NCBI GenBank assembly: GCA_951406725.2
Contig: OX597820.1
Span: 61,132,001-61,196,000, forward strand
Source of the DNA: Octopus vulgaris
Lineage: Eukaryota
Reading direction: 5' to 3'
DNA: 64,000 bases
Shown here: positions 25,429 to 40,044 of the stretch, one piece after another
How the letters are laid out: each line of letters opens with the position of its first letter
Numbering within the stretch: the first letter of the stretch is position 1
Position numbers and translations under genes: made by a program
Notes under the pieces: model-generated
What the model saw: the letters and a program-made list of their open reading frames with translations, nothing else
The model's database searches: none
Told to the model about the DNA's origin: nothing

Positions 25429-25473
<45 letters not shown>

Positions 25474-26888
25474 GATTATTATTAACTCATGAGTTAGATT
25501 GTTTAGATCATGAGCCTGTTGGAAATTTTTGCTGGCAAACAACAATCTTAAATAATTAAAACCTTTGTTTTGATAATTTGAGGAAAACTGAATAACTTGC
25601 TTACGGTTAAAATTTTATTTACTATTTAACATTTAACATAATTAAACAAATCATTCTCAGTTTCAGCCAATTTTCTGCACTTACAGCTAATTAGACTTCT
25701 ACACTTACAGCTAATTAGACTTCTACTTTTCATGCATATAGGTGCAGGCATGATTGTATAGTTAAGAAGCTTAATTTGCAACCATGTAGTTTCAGGTTCA
25801 GTCCCACTTTGCTGCACCTGAGCTGACCTTTTGAATGAATTTGGTTAATGTAAACAGTGAGAAAGCCCATTATTTGTGTGTGTGTGTGTGCGTTTGTGTG
25901 TGTGTGTTTTTACCTCACCATTTGAGAACTGGAGTTGATTTGTTTGACTAAACTCTTCAAGCAGTGCCCCAGAATGGCCACACTCCAGTGAATGAAACAA
26001 GTAAACGATAAAAGTTAAGGACTTGCAAGAAGTAGCAAACAAGTCATATCCTACTGTAATGCAAAAGGGAAGGGCACATATGGACGTGTATTCCCAGATA
26101 TTCTTGAAAAGGCAGGATAGTCTTGGCTGGAATGTCTTTGATCCTCTCAATAAAAGCTGATCTGGGACTTAACAGTCACAACATCTGATTAGTTCAACAA
26201 CTGACTTAAATAAAGGCTTATATTGGTGCTTTAAACCTCGGAGCAAATATCTCTGGGGATCATACATATTCCTTTGTCTTATTCTTAATTACTTTACTCC
26301 CTGTTTTCTATTTGATCTTCATAGCTGATCCTTCCTTTAGTTTCACTTAAGGTAACTCTTACAATTCTTCTATTATAGCCAAAGGTAAATAAAGTGTATT
26401 ATGACTGGCACATCTCCCAAATGACATACTGATTCATATTGAATTCAATCTCAACATTTGAAGCAGTTCATTCCCTCAGTCTGAAAATATCTTCTGCATT
26501 CTTCACTTATCACAGTTTATTTAGTTTGGCTGGAACTTTGCTTGGTTAAGAAGTTTTCTTCCTGACTACACAGTTTCAAGTTCTGTCCTGCTGCATAGCA
26601 CTTTAGTTGTCTTCTTATATAGCCCTGGGCTGACCAAAGTCGTTTGAATGGATTTGGTAAATGGAAACTGAAAGAAACTCAACCACTTTACAAGGTGTTG
26701 TGGGTGCTTTTTATGTAGGACCAGCTGCAATGGGAAACACCAAATAGTAATGAGGGGAAATTGTGAGCAAAATAAGAGCAACATTTATTGACATGTGGGA
26801 AACATGTAGATAACTGTTTCAAAGCCCTTTCTTCTTTAAGACTTAAAATTCAAACTTAAATTATAAGATATTTAAAATTCATATCTGG

Positions 26889-27065
26889 ATGACAACAAAA
26901 ATGATGACAACAGCAATGACGATGACAACAATGACGACGACAATAACGACAATGACAATGATGATGAACGACAATGATGACGATGACGACAATAACAACA
27001 ATGATGACAACAACAATGACGACGACAATGATGACGACGACAACGATGACAACAACAACAGTAAT
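26889..27065. repeat. Degenerate (GAC/AAC/GAT)n trinucleotide tract
   Basis: Directly visible. Confidence 0.9.
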
Positions 27066-27099
27066 TCATAATCTCATATCCTGTACAGCACCTGTTGTT

Positions 27100-28720
27100 G
27101 AAATCTTTTAGGTTAAAAAACCAACAATAAATAAAGGTTAAAGTCCCATGGTGGGGACAAAATTTTGAGAACCAAATTGAACATTTCCATAGAGACCTTG
27201 GAAGAATGAATGCAACCATAGAAAAGATGGTGAGGGAACAAATTGCAAAGAGACTACATTTGACACAAAAGGATTACACATAATTAAAGAAGACTTAAGG
27301 CAAAAATCAAAGCAATATCAAGTAAAACACAAACACACACACATACCAACAGAGAACGAACCAGTACCAGCAGAACTGGCTCTTCAAGAACAAGAGAAAA
27401 TTCGACCAACAGCTGGAAAATGAAGACAAACATCATGGAAATGATAATCCAGATGCTGAAACAGCAAGATAATTTTGGCCAGAAATTTGGAGCAAAATCC
27501 AACATAATATAAAAGCAGAAATGGAAAATGGAGCAAAATAAGAAAATATAACTATCATTGATATGAAAGAGATGATATTGAGATACTTTGCAATGGACAA
27601 AGGTCGAGCTACAGAAATTCAACAGTAGAACAAGAAAACTGCTCACAAAGCATGGAACATACCAACCTAAAAGTAATATCAACAGACTCAACCTACCAAA
27701 AAAAAAAAAAAGGAAGGAGGCAGCAGACTGCTTCATTAGTACTGTGATATTGAGTTTGAAAGATTAATTATGTCGTATATAGTAGTGAAAGCAAACTATC
27801 AACAGCTACAGATATCCAGAAACTTACTGAAAAGAGTAGAATTCAAGTATAGAAGGAAGAACAACAGAGCAAGCGGACATGGAATTATATGGCCGATTCA
27901 AGCAACAAACCAAGGATGTTGAAAGTGAAGAATGCTTGTTATGGCTGATGGACAGAAACCTGGAACAAGAGACTGAATGCTGATTATAGCCACTGAGATA
28001 CGAGTCATTAAGATAGATTTAACAAAGACAAAGATCAACAAAACTCAGCTGGAGAGCAAATGCAGAATCTATGGGAAAGGAGATGAAAGTATCAATCATT
28101 ACTTGAGAGAATGCAGTAAGCTGAAAGAAAAAGAATACAAGTACAGACATAACTGAGAAGGTAAAAGAGTGCAGTTAGGATATTAGCTAAACGTGTGGCT
28201 TACAAATGACAGAAATGTGGTATGAACACTAACCAAAGGCTGTGATAGAAAAAATGAATTACAGGATTCTATGGGACTTCTCCATAAAGACCAACCATAC
28301 TATTGAATCAAGAAGACCAGATATGATTATAGAGAATAAAAATAAACAAACAATGTAAGATCATAGACTTGGTAATTCCTTATGATAACAGAGTTGATAC
28401 AAAAGAAACTTTTAAAAAATTGAAAATCATCAGAATCTAACCAAAGAGCTGAAGTAACTGAGGTTCCTATGGTAATAAGTGCACTTTGCACAACACCCAA
28501 AATGCTACTTTAGAGACTGAATGGGGTTGAAATTGGAATTTACATTGTTCACCTGCAGAGAAGTACTATCTTATATTCTGCAAAAATCCTAAGGTTTCTT
28601 GGGATTTGGGGAGACTTGTCATCACACCTCAAGATAAAATTCCTGCTAATTAAATTAGCATGTAATAGCTTAATGAGAAGAAGAATAATTACTACTACTA
28701 TTATTAATATTATTATTATT
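27100..28720 (+). mobile_element. R4/Dong-like non-LTR element with restriction-like endonuclease, RT core deleted, decayed
   Basis: 'WTKVELQKFNSRTRKLLTKHG', zinc-knuckle-like 'CRIYGKGDESINHYLRECSKL...YRH' and RLE 'ILWDFSIKTNHTIESRRPDMII...CKIIDLVIPYD'. It ends in a TAA/TAC/TAT microsatellite. Confidence 0.82.
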
Positions 28721-31700
28721 GCAATTCTAATACATCAAAATTAAAAATACAAAGAAGAGGTATAATGTACTATAATGAGAGCAAGAAATACTCAAACAAA
28801 AGAGAGTGAAGAGAAATATCTTTTGCTTCTGTAATTGTTATGATGGGATGAGAGTAGATATTTGCTAAGGCAAGGTAACAGATGAAGAACAACCCACCTG
28901 TTGTAACCAAAGATCTGTGATATTTAATCACTAATGTATCAATCAATGTAACATTGTTCCCATTATGCAAACATTGGGAACAAAAATTATGTTTGTCTAT
29001 TCAATAAAGAAAAATAATAACGTATGTGAATGATACAACACCCAACAACACTATAGCAGGATCAATTCAGCTTAATAGCCTATTCTCTTCTGATGGCAGC
29101 ATAATTGGCAGCTTACTACTTATCCTGTTCAGTGAGCTAAACGATACTATAACTACAGCTAAAAGCCAACATGCTTTCAAATGAAAACCCATTACTTTTA
29201 AATCCTGAATCTTTGAAAAATGCAGCAACGATAAAAGAGTTTTTGACCTTTAAAAGTAACACTAAAAGTGAGTTAATTGGGGCTCCTCTACAACTAGTAG
29301 TTATTTATATTTGAAGTTAGTATTCTGGAAATAAAGGTTTGAATTAAGGCATTTATATCTGTTGAACTATTACAGCAGTTTTAGACATTGTAGTTTTCCA
29401 CAACCCCAACAATTCTTAAATACTTTTAACAATTCTATTTTTGTCCTAAAATTTTCAATGATTTCTGTTTCTAATCATTTTTTTTATGGTTGTTTCAGTC
29501 AATGGTTTGTGGCCATGCTGAAGCACTGAACTGAAGGGTCCTAGTCAAAGAAACCACCACCAGAACTTGTTCTTTTTCTAAGTCTAGTACTTACTCTATC
29601 ATTCTCTTTTGCTGAACTGCTAAGTTTTGGGAAGTTAAGCAAACCAACAGTAGATGGAGGTGATGGGTGACACATGCAGACAAACAAACACAAACATACA
29701 TATACATAATCCAAATAAAAAGACAAAGAATTTGCCATGTAAAACCACCCATGCTAGTACCACATAAAAGTACCTGTGTTGGTGCCACATAAAAAGCACC
29801 CAGTACACTTTGTAAAGTGGTCGGCATTAGGAAGGGCATCCAGCTGCAGAAATCATGCCAAAACAGACAAAATGGAACCCCGCTGGCCAATTCCTGTCAA
29901 ACTGTCCAGCTCATGCCAGCATGGATGTTAAATGATGATATCAACGATGATAATGTTTAATTACCAGTTACAAATGCTCCAGTAACATTTCAATTTTAAT
30001 GCCATTACACACAAAATTTCAAACATAATGTTGTGTAATATTTGTAACTTTGTACATTGGAGTTGCACTTCATTAGATGGGCATCGAAAGATGCACTTCT
30101 TACACTGTATCAGTGAAAGAGCATGCAATGGAATTAAAAACAAAATGGTACAGAAACAATTGTAAATGGTAATTAAAGGTGTGTTAAACTGTTTCTTTGT
30201 CTTCTTATTTGGAATATATAATACTGTCTGACTGCAAAGACCCAACAAATGAAGTGAGTTCATGGCTCACAGGATGGCCTGCTGTGCTTGAGGAGACCTA
30301 TTCAGTCAAGTACATCAACATCAAAATAAAAATCAAATGGAAATTGTAGTTGTGATACCTGTGTCAGTGGCACATAAAAAGCACCATCTGAACGTGGCCG
30401 ATACCAGCGCGGCCTTGACTGGCATCCATGCCGGTGGCACATAAAAAGCACCAACTGATTGTGGCCATTGCCAGCCTTATCTGGCCCCTGTGCCAGTGAC
30501 ACATAAAAAGCACCCACTATACTCACGGAGTGGTTGGCATTAGGAAGGGCATCCAGCTGTAGAAACACTGCCAGATCAGACTGGAGCCCCGTGCAGCCTC
30601 CAGGCTTCCCAGACCCCAGTCAAACAAGTAGTAAGATGGAAGTCTGAATTTTTGCACATGCACACATTAAAATTTCTGTCCTTGCTCTTTCCAAATTCAA
30701 ATGTAAATATTATAAAGTCCATTTTCCCCCATTTGATAAACCTTCTTTAATTTAAGCCTCAAGAAAAAACTCTGTACATCAAACCACAAGGTGAAATATT
30801 ATCACTGCTTTAAATCCAGAATGAAAAATAGACATTGTTATCATTAACTCCTGCCATTACAAATCCTCAGGCTAGCCAAAGCCTTGTGAGTGGATCTGGT
30901 GGACAGAAACTGAAAGAAGCCCTGTGTATGTATATGTATGTGTGTGTGTTCACTCTTGTCTATAAATCAAATGCTGGATGTAATCAAGAATCACCATCAC
31001 ACATGTAAGATTGTTCATTTCCAGTCTTCTGTGAAAAACTTGTCTGGGTATGGAACTAGATGAGGGTTAGCAACAGGGATGGCATCCAGCCTTAAAAAAT
31101 CTGCCTTAACAAATTCAGTTTGGCACATACAAGCATGGAAAAGTAGATGTTGAATTATGATGTTAATGAATGAAATCACCAAGAACTGATTCAATAATCA
31201 CCTGATTTCCTTTGGGAAATGTTCCAAGCATGTTTCAGTGAAACACCAACGAGATTTTTATTGTTTTTAAAACTTTTTACCTTTTTGTGATGCAAAAAAT
31301 ACAAAAGTAGTGTTGTTCTTATTGTCAACGAGTTAATTTGTCTCAAATTGTTAGTGTGTGCAAGTCTTTCCCATTGACTAATGACATAGCTATGTGCAAG
31401 TCAACAAAAAAATAATTAAAACCATCAGATAAACAAATAACTGGAAATTACTTTTAATGTATCTTTGTTTATTATTTAGATTGGGCCAATTAGCTAATTG
31501 AATTTCTGAGATAAATAAAAACAAAGTTAATTTAATCTGAGGCCTTTCCTAGAAAATTTCAGACACTTATTCAAGGAATCTAATCTGTTATTTGCTAGTC
31601 AATCCCAGGATATATTTTTAGATTTTAAAAAATGATTAATTGAAATAACAAGGGTATAACTATGAAAGCAAATGTCAACATAAGAGCTGATTATCACCAT

Positions 31701-31944
31701 CATCATCATCTTAATTTCCACTTTTCCATGTTTATATGGATTAGATAGAATTTGTTGCGGGTAGGCTTTCAAGAACTGGAAGCCTTTTCTGCTGCCAGCC
31801 ATCACCTGCTCCAAAACCTAATGGCCAGATATGTTTTCACAAAAGACTGGAAATAGATGACACTGCTTGTATGACAGTGGCACTCGTTTACAACTCAAGT
31901 GCAATAACAAGACAAGAGAATACAAATACATATTCTGTTATTCT

Positions 31945-32524
31945 TATTCTTTCACTTGTTTCAGTCATTTGACTGTGTCCATACTGGAGTACCACCTTCA
32001 GTCGAACAAATTGACCCTAGGATTTATTCTTTGTAAGCCTAGTACTTATTCTATCGATCTCTTTTGCCAAAGTTACAGGGACATAAACACACCTGCTAAG
32101 TTACAGGGACATAAACACACCTGCATCAGTTGTCAGGCAGTGATGGGGGAACAAACATAGACACACAAACATATACATATGACAGGCTTCTTTGAGTTTC
32201 TGTCTACCAAATCCACTAACAAGGCTTTGGTCAGCCTGAGGCTATAGTAGAAGACACTTGTCCAAAGTTGCATACAGTGGGACTGAACCCAGAAACATGT
32301 GGTTGCGAAGCAAGCTTTTTATCACACAGTCATACCTGCCTGCGCACATTATATATATATATATAATAGACATGGCTGTGTAGTAAGAAGCTTCCTTCCC
32401 AACCACATGTTTCTGAGTTCAGTCTTGCTGCGTGGTACCTTGAGCAAATGTCTTCTACTATAGCCTTGGGCCAACCAAAGAATTGTGAGTGATTTGGTAC
32501 ATCGAAACTGAAAGAAGCCTGTTA

Positions 32525-32561
<37 letters not shown>

Positions 32562-32762
32562 CTGTTTGTCCCTACCACTATCGCTTCACAACCGATGTTG
32601 ATGTGTTTATGTCTTTGTAACTTAGCAGTTCAGCAAAAGAGCCCATTAAAATAAGCAACATGCTTGCAAAGAATAAGGTCAGTGGTCAATTTCTTTGAGT
32701 AAAAGTTGGTGCTCCAGCATGGCCTTAGTCAAATGACTGAAACAAGTAAAAGAATAAAAGAA
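31945..32762. mobile_element. Two SINE family A copies head-to-head (31945-32340 minus, 32368-32762 plus)
   Basis: Opposite orientations, about 30 bp apart. Confidence 0.8.
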
Positions 32763-33067
32763 TACACACACACACACATACACGCACACACATACACATA
32801 AATAGTCATTGCTCCATCTTCACAAATGATTGGTGTCTCCTGCTTTCCTTGTTGCCAATGACGTTTCTGACTCATTCACCATGATCTTTCAGATGACTAA
32901 GTTCTACTGTATATCTGCATGGTTTGAAGCATAGGTAACTGAGGATATTTGTAATTTACTGTATGCATCCACCTGGGTAGTTCTGCATATATTGCCACTT
33001 TTCCACTACTATAAGACATTCAGAAGATGGAATGAAAAATGAAGTCACCATAAAGAGACATCATTTA

Positions 33068-33268
33068 TTCTTTTATTTGTTTCAGTCATTTGACTGCAGC
33101 CATGCTGGAGCACCACCTTTAGTCAAGCAAATCGACCCCAGGACTTATCCTTTGTCAGCCTAGTACTTATTCTATCAGTCTCTTTTAACGAACTGCTAAG
33201 TTACAAGGAGGTAAACACACCAACATCAGTTGTCAAGCGATGTTGGGGGGACAAACAGAGACACACAA

Positions 33269-33306
<38 letters not shown>

Positions 33307-33462
33307 ATGACAGGCTTCTTTCAGTTTCCGTCTACCAAATCCACTCACATGGCTTTGGTTGGCCCAAGGCTGTAGTAGAAGATGCTTGCACAAGGTGCCA
33401 CGCAGTGGGACTGAACCCAGAACCATATGGTTGGTAAGCAAGCTACTTACCACACAGCCACT
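33068..33462 (-). mobile_element. SINE family A copy
   Basis: Full match to family A. Confidence 0.85.
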
Positions 33463-34344
33463 ATGTAATTGGATTGCAGTGATAAATTATTGTACAACAT
33501 GAGCACCACTCTCTGAATTTCTGTGATTAGTACCTAGTGTTTGGCTGAAGTGACATAACCAGTAATCATTTGAAACTGCAGGTTTTACATCAGAGTCTCA
33601 CCCTTCTAGAAAGATGCAATGATAACTGCTAGGGTTTCCTCACTTCTAGTAATTTTATTGCAAGCCCTGACAACAACCAAAGGTAGTTCTGCACTCCCGT
33701 GTTTAGATGGTTTGTTATCACATGTGCTAGTTATTCCATAGCTGCGAGCCTGAAAGGTACAACCACTATGGGTCAGAGAAGACCTTGGAACAATAGTGGC
33801 TGAGGTAGTTCCATACTCCTCAGAACCCAGGAACTCTATCCTGGGTATGACTTTAGATTGCATCCCATAGCAGAACATACATAAATACAAAGGCATGGCT
33901 ATAGTCAAGAAGCATGCTTCTGGATCATGTAGTCTGAGGTCCACTGAGACTACATGATCTCAAGGTCCCACTGCACAGCACTTTGGGCAAGTATCTTCTA
34001 CTACAGCCCTGGGTTAATGAAAGCATTGTGAATGAATTCAACAGGTGGAAACTGAAAGAAGCTCATTGTGTGTATTTGTGCGTACCCTTATCTTGACATC
34101 ATGTGATGATTGTAAACGAACATCCCCATCATACCAGCTGCATTAATTCATTTCCAAGTCTTCCATTCTTGGAGACAGGTGAGGGTTGACAACAGAAGCA
34201 GCATCTGGTTATAGAAAATCTTTCTCAAAAAATTCTGACCCATGATGATGAATGAAATCATCAGGAAATAATTCAATAATCAACTGAGTGAAACACCAAA
34301 GGAAAAGTGGATGTTAAACGGTGATGATGATAATATACACAATA

Positions 34345-34480
34345 TACAACAGGGTGCTGAAAGGTTCCTGGTTTTAAGGGTATTGCAAAAGGCCTGGCTG
34401 GAGACTCAACCTTCCAAGTTTTTACAAGGCTTAGAGAAACTGAAGGACTGCTACTATAAGTGTGTGAATCTGAGAGAAGA
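34345..34480 (+). mobile_element. Internally deleted mariner fragment
   Basis: TIR-like AGGGTGCTGAAAGGTTCCTGG followed by 'FLQGLEKLKDCYYKCVNLRE', resembling a mariner C-terminus. Confidence 0.55.
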
Positions 34481-34961
34481 CACTTACCCAAGGTGCCACA
34501 CAGGGGGACTGAACTCGGAACCATGTGGTCCGTAAGCAAGCTACTTACCACACAGTCACTCCTACGCCTATACTTACCACACACCCACTCACTACTCATT
34601 ATATGAACAAATTAAATTTTGCAATTTGTTTTTTGCAAAGTTGTTAATCCTCATTGTTTCCAGTAAATTCTATCAGTCAATCACAACATCAGTTCTCTTT
34701 GCAAAAGCCTACCAAAAAGACCGTGAATAGGTGCATAGCAGAATCATTATGATAAACATTTGAGATTTTACACCTCATCTTGTTCATGATACATTGGTTA
34801 TTAGTAATACTTACCTTCTTGTGTGTTGCATATTGATTTTGCTCTATGAAAAATCTATAAATAAGTCACTATTTCAAAGTACTTAGTTATAACTTGTCAA
34901 TGGTCTCATTTTAAATAAAGACCTTCATTATGACTAATAAACTATACTTTTAGTGCATAAT

Positions 34962-35362
34962 AGGCGTATGAGTGGCTGTGTGGTAAGTAACTTGCTTACC
35001 AACCACATGGTTCCAGGTTCAGTCCCACTGCTTGGCATCTTGGACAAGTGTCTTCTACTATAGCCTTGGGCCAACCAAAGCCTTGTGAGTAGATTTGGTG
35101 GATGGAAACTGAAAGAAGCCTGTGGTATATATGTATGTGTGTATGTATACGTTTGTGTTTCTATGTTTGTCCCCCCAACATCGCTTGACAACCGATGTTG
35201 GTGTGTTTACGTCCCCGTAACTTAGCAGTTCAGCAAAAGAGACCAATAGAATAAGTACAAGGCTTACAAAGAGTAAGTCATGGGGTTGATTTGCTCGACT
35301 AAAGGCGGTGCTTCAGCATGATCACAGTCAAATGACTAAAACAAGCAAAAGAGAGTAAAGAG
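34962..35362 (+). mobile_element. SINE family A copy
   Basis: Full match to family A. Confidence 0.85.
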
Positions 35363-36179
35363 TAATAATAAACGTGAAATTCTGTCTGTCTGTCTGTCCA
35401 GACCCCTATATCTTAGTCTACATTTGTTCTACATAGATATATAACCTTTTGGAATCAGGATGATCCCTAGATTGGAAATCTGCCCTTCATTTGGTTCTTG
35501 AACATGCAGCATTGGGATCAGGTCTGGATGTATTTAGACATACAGACAGACAGATATATGTCTATGTGTGAGCGAGTGTATTTTGTGTCTGTGTTTATCG
35601 TCCCCCCACCCCACCTTACACCACTTGACTGCAGATGTTGGTTTTTTTTACATCCCTGTAACTAAGTATTTTGGCAAATGAAACTAACAGAATAAGTACC
35701 AGACTTTAAAAAAATAAGTACTGAGGTCAATCTGTTCAGCTAAAACCTTTGAAGACTGTGCCCCAGCATGGCCACAGTCCAATGACTAAAGCAAGTACAT
35801 GATAAAAGAAATCAAGTTAGGTCTGATTCATCGTTTAGCACCATGTCAGCCCTATGAACAGGCCTTTGACTAAGAGCATTCCAATCATGACCATTATGGA
35901 CTGCAACATCCAACGAGATTTAAGGAAGATTTTGCTGCTAATTTTAGCAACCACATAGAGGCTGTCTTTTTGGTTCGTCCTATTAAGCTAGGATCATATC
36001 TCATTTAACTTTGATTAGGTGACATACAAATAACTGTGTAAATGTAAGGGGATTCACACACAGACAGGGTTTATCTAGTTTGTAGATACTTCACTTATGA
36101 TTCTAAATTCAAGCAGCATTTTAATTAAAACTGATACATCAACTAATTTACAATCAGTTAATATGGTATGTTATCACAG

Positions 36180-36440
36180 GATGGTAGTGACAAAATTCTG
36201 TGAACCTATTTCAGCAGCTGGACACTGCTAGTGAAATGGAGCTTCCAAGCAATGTTCTACTTTGGACACCTCTACATAGCCATAATCACACTCACCACCT
36301 GGTAAAAGCATTTGTCAATCTGTTGACTGATGGCATTGGATGTCTTCAAGAAGAACATGTTACATGCCATAAAAGATAGTGATGGATGACAGATCAGTGT
36401 CATGCAATTTTGACCTAATAATGATGATGATGATGATGAT
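36180..36440 (+). mobile_element. RTE LINE 3' end fragment with (GAT)n tail
   Basis: 'AGHC..EMELPSNVLLWTP' resembles the C-terminus of the RTE at 54853-56757. A (GAT)n tail follows. Confidence 0.6.
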
Positions 36441-38439
36441 TTCTGCAGATTTGGTAATATGTTACTAAATATCTGGCAGAAATGTTAGCTTACCGGGCGA
36501 AATGCTTAGCGGTATTTGACGTTCTGAGTTCAAATTCCGCCGAGGTCAACTTTGCCTTTCATCCTTTCGGGGTCGATAAATAAAGTACCAGATATACACT
36601 CAGGTCGATGTAATCGACTTAATCCCTTTGTCTGTCCTTGTTTGTCTCCTCTATGTTTAGCCCCTTGTGGACAAAAAAAAAAATGAAATGTTCTTGAAAG
36701 AAGCCCATCATCATAACTGTAACTTAACATCCATGTTCTATGCTGGTATGGGTTGGACTATTTGACAGGATCCAATGGGTTCAGAGACTCCACCATACTC
36801 CAGTATCTACTTGACATGGTTTTTACAGTTGGATGCTCTTCTTATTGCCAACCACTTTACTGTGATTACTGGGCACTTTATTCATGCCATCAGCATTAAT
36901 GCGGTTACCAAGCACCTTACAAGACTACAAACTCCAAAGGAGAAGCTATATGCTAGATGATGATAAAAGTATGAGAGACAGAGTAAGAGCAGAACAGGTT
37001 TCTTGCTGTAGAGAAGCTACATGACTACTCATATTTAGAGGTGAGGGTGGGAGTGATCAAGTGGAGCTGGAAAGTGATAAAAGTAGTGATAAAAATAGTG
37101 ATGATGAGGTGTCAGGATGGACCTTCAAGGTATGAGATGGGTATATAATGAGTGTAGCAGAGGGACCAGGAATATAGGCTAGTAGAGGCTGCAAGAGAGT
37201 ATGGGGGTGAGAGATGGAGAATGGGTGAGGGGTGTGGTTTATTGCTAAACCATAATCAGTAAGATGGTAGTAAATGCTGAGTTAAAAATTGAACTTTTTA
37301 AATATGTTTGCTTTTGTACCGTTTAGGTTCCTCAGTAGGAGAAGATGATAACTGAAGTGTAAAAACAAACAGTATTCCATTTGTTATATTAAATGGAGTG
37401 GGAGATACTAAATGAATTGCTAAGCAAATTTCTTATATGGAATTAATGAATCACATATGGTTTCTAACCCAGCATGAAGGCTTAGATTTTAAAAGTTAAA
37501 ATAGGAGATAAACAAGGTGGAGTTATGGTGGTAGTTGTTTGCAAGGTGGATGTGCTGCCAAGCCAAACTTACAACTGTGAGAGAAGTATTAGTCAAAAAT
37601 AAACAGATACAAACTTTAGGCTATTTCTATGCACACTATGATTTCAGCCAGACTTAATGCTTATACCCAAGCTTGTATTAGTAGATTTGAAAACAAATTA
37701 CATCCAGATGATATCATAGAAATTCAGCAAGAACAGTATTATTATAAAGAAAATTTATCATCTTTGGTGGGTGTGCAGTACTCATCTAACACACCCAGAA
37801 ATGTACACCTGCTTAAATATAATTATCATCCTCATCATAAACAATAATGAGTATCTTATGTGTCTGTCTAACATATATCTATCCTTGTAATTCAAGGTGG
37901 AGTTTTCCTGTGACATATATTTCTTGTAGTAATCAATTCATTCCAAATATCAGTAGGTGTCCTGCCAATAGGATAATAGCTACTACAGATGATATGTACT
38001 ACCTGCATTCTACAGTTTAACAGCTGGTCAACAAGCATGTGAATGGGAGAGAGGAAAAAATTCCCAGGGACACCTTCTGCATGAAGAACATGTATTTAAA
38101 TGGTAGAGTAACATAATGTATTCGACCGAGCATTCTTTTTAATTAATTAGAATTTCTAGTAAAAAGAAAAATCATTAGCTTTAATAATAGATTGGTGTCA
38201 GGACAAGGGAAACAACTTCACAACCCAAATTAAAAATATAGGAAGTGAGTTCCTCAATGGTAATTACATTGAAAACATGTTTTGGTCTTATTATACCTCC
38301 TCAGTAAAGTATATTTTAACCAATACTTGCAAGACCTAAGGGATTGAGAGTATGAATGTTTTGAAAAACACTCACTGTATAATAAGTAGCAAGTTTCTTT
38401 TATATTCTGACAAATCTTAGCCTTGATTAATTTAGCAAA

Positions 38440-39080
38440 AGTAATGTTGTAATCCTCACATCATCAAAACTTTCAACCATATCTAGCATGCAAACCTCTT
38501 ATCAAGACTACGCATCTATAGGCTCCATACATTTCTCATCTCTTAGATCTGCAGCTTCCTATCAAATCCTATCACCACATGTGCCAGCAGAGAATTTTCT
38601 GTCCTTCATTTAATCAATTCCAGCATACCTTAGAGTTCAGCTGGCCCCTTTCTTCAAGATCAGAAGATATTTCAGTTCCCAACAATTACTGTCACTCTAC
38701 AAAGCTCAGGTGAGTGCAACAATAGAATATTGCTCTAACATCTGGGATGGTGCTGCTGCACTCAAAGACATTCTTGACTCCATTCAGAAAAGGGCCATCA
38801 GATTGATTGGCTTGAAGCCATTCACAAGCGCACTCCAGCCTCTGGTTCATTGATATGCTGTCTCTGTTATCTGCCTTTTCTTTTTTATTGTTACTACCAT
38901 AATGCATAATGGCCTCTGCTTTTGATTCTAGCTGGGCTCAGGTCACTCCCACCTAGACATTCCTAACCCACTTATCTTTTCTCTCATCACCACAACACCC
39001 CAGACACTGCACTAGTTATAACTTGGGTTCTTCCTTCTCAGAATGTCAACTTTCAGTCCATTCCTGCTCACATCTTTCCT
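38440..39080 (+). mobile_element. CR1/L2/jockey-group LINE post-RT fragment
   Basis: Plus-strand translation 'QLLSLYKAQVSATIEYCSNIWDGAAALKDILDSIQKRAIRLIG'. Confidence 0.75.
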
Positions 39081-39169
39081 TAAGTGTTGATTTGTAAAAG
39101 CCATGACCACTGCTCTTCATCTGGATCCAGCAAGTTTATATATATATATAAACACATACATATGAAAGG

Positions 39170-39525
39170 TGTGATACCTTAGGCAAGTGTCTTCAACTGT
39201 AGCCTCGGGCCGACCAAAGCCTTGTGAGTGGATTTGGTAGACGGAAACTGAAAGAAGCCCATCGTATATATGTATATCTGTGTATATATATATATATGTA
39301 TTATGTATGAATGCGTGTGTTTGTGTGTCTGTTTGTTCCCTCAACATCGCTTGACAACCGATGCTGATGTGTTTACGTCCCCATAACTTAGCAGTTCAGC
39401 AAATGAGACCGATAGAATAAGTACTAGGCTTACAAAGAATAATTCCTAGGGTCGATTTGCTCGACTAAAGGCGGTGCTCCAGCATGGCCACAGTCAAATG
39501 ACTGAAACCAGTAAAAGAGTGAAAG
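39170..39525 (+). mobile_element. SINE family A copy (5'-truncated)
   Basis: Matches from the CORE-like segment to the tail. Confidence 0.8.
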
Positions 39526-40007
39526 TGTTGTAGAATGTAATGCTTGTGTTTTGTTTGTTATTTCTTTCTTTGACAACTACTATATTCCATACACATTTTA
39601 GGACTTCTTATAAACTTATTTGTAGAGATGTAAAGCTAATCATACAGCAAGGTAGCTAATTACCTAATTGCCTAATTGCATGTTAAAACCCAAAAAAAAG
39701 AAGCCAGTCGTTAATCCCAATAATAAAGATCCACAATACCCACTCTGAGAATCTGCAACAGATTAATTAATAGCGTGACAAATGAAGATGCAACAGAGGA
39801 TAGGTTGTAGAATCAGCATGAAACTTTAGGTTTGGGTAATATTCATCAGACTGAAGGTGACCCACGTCTCCTCCTTTCGTGTGAGACAGACAGCCCTTAG
39901 CGAAATGTTTATCATCAACGGACATATTAAGTAACTGTTCTTCGACATACAGTAAGTGAATCATACTGCGGGGGTGACTATAGTATGAATTTTTTCAAGA
40001 TAAACAG

Positions 40008-40044
<37 letters not shown>

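Noticed and set aside
34815-34854. 40-nt candidate exon with AG and GTAAGT boundaries on the minus strand
   Set aside because: Splicing it to the phase-1 formin exon gives a stop within four codons, and there is no homology support.
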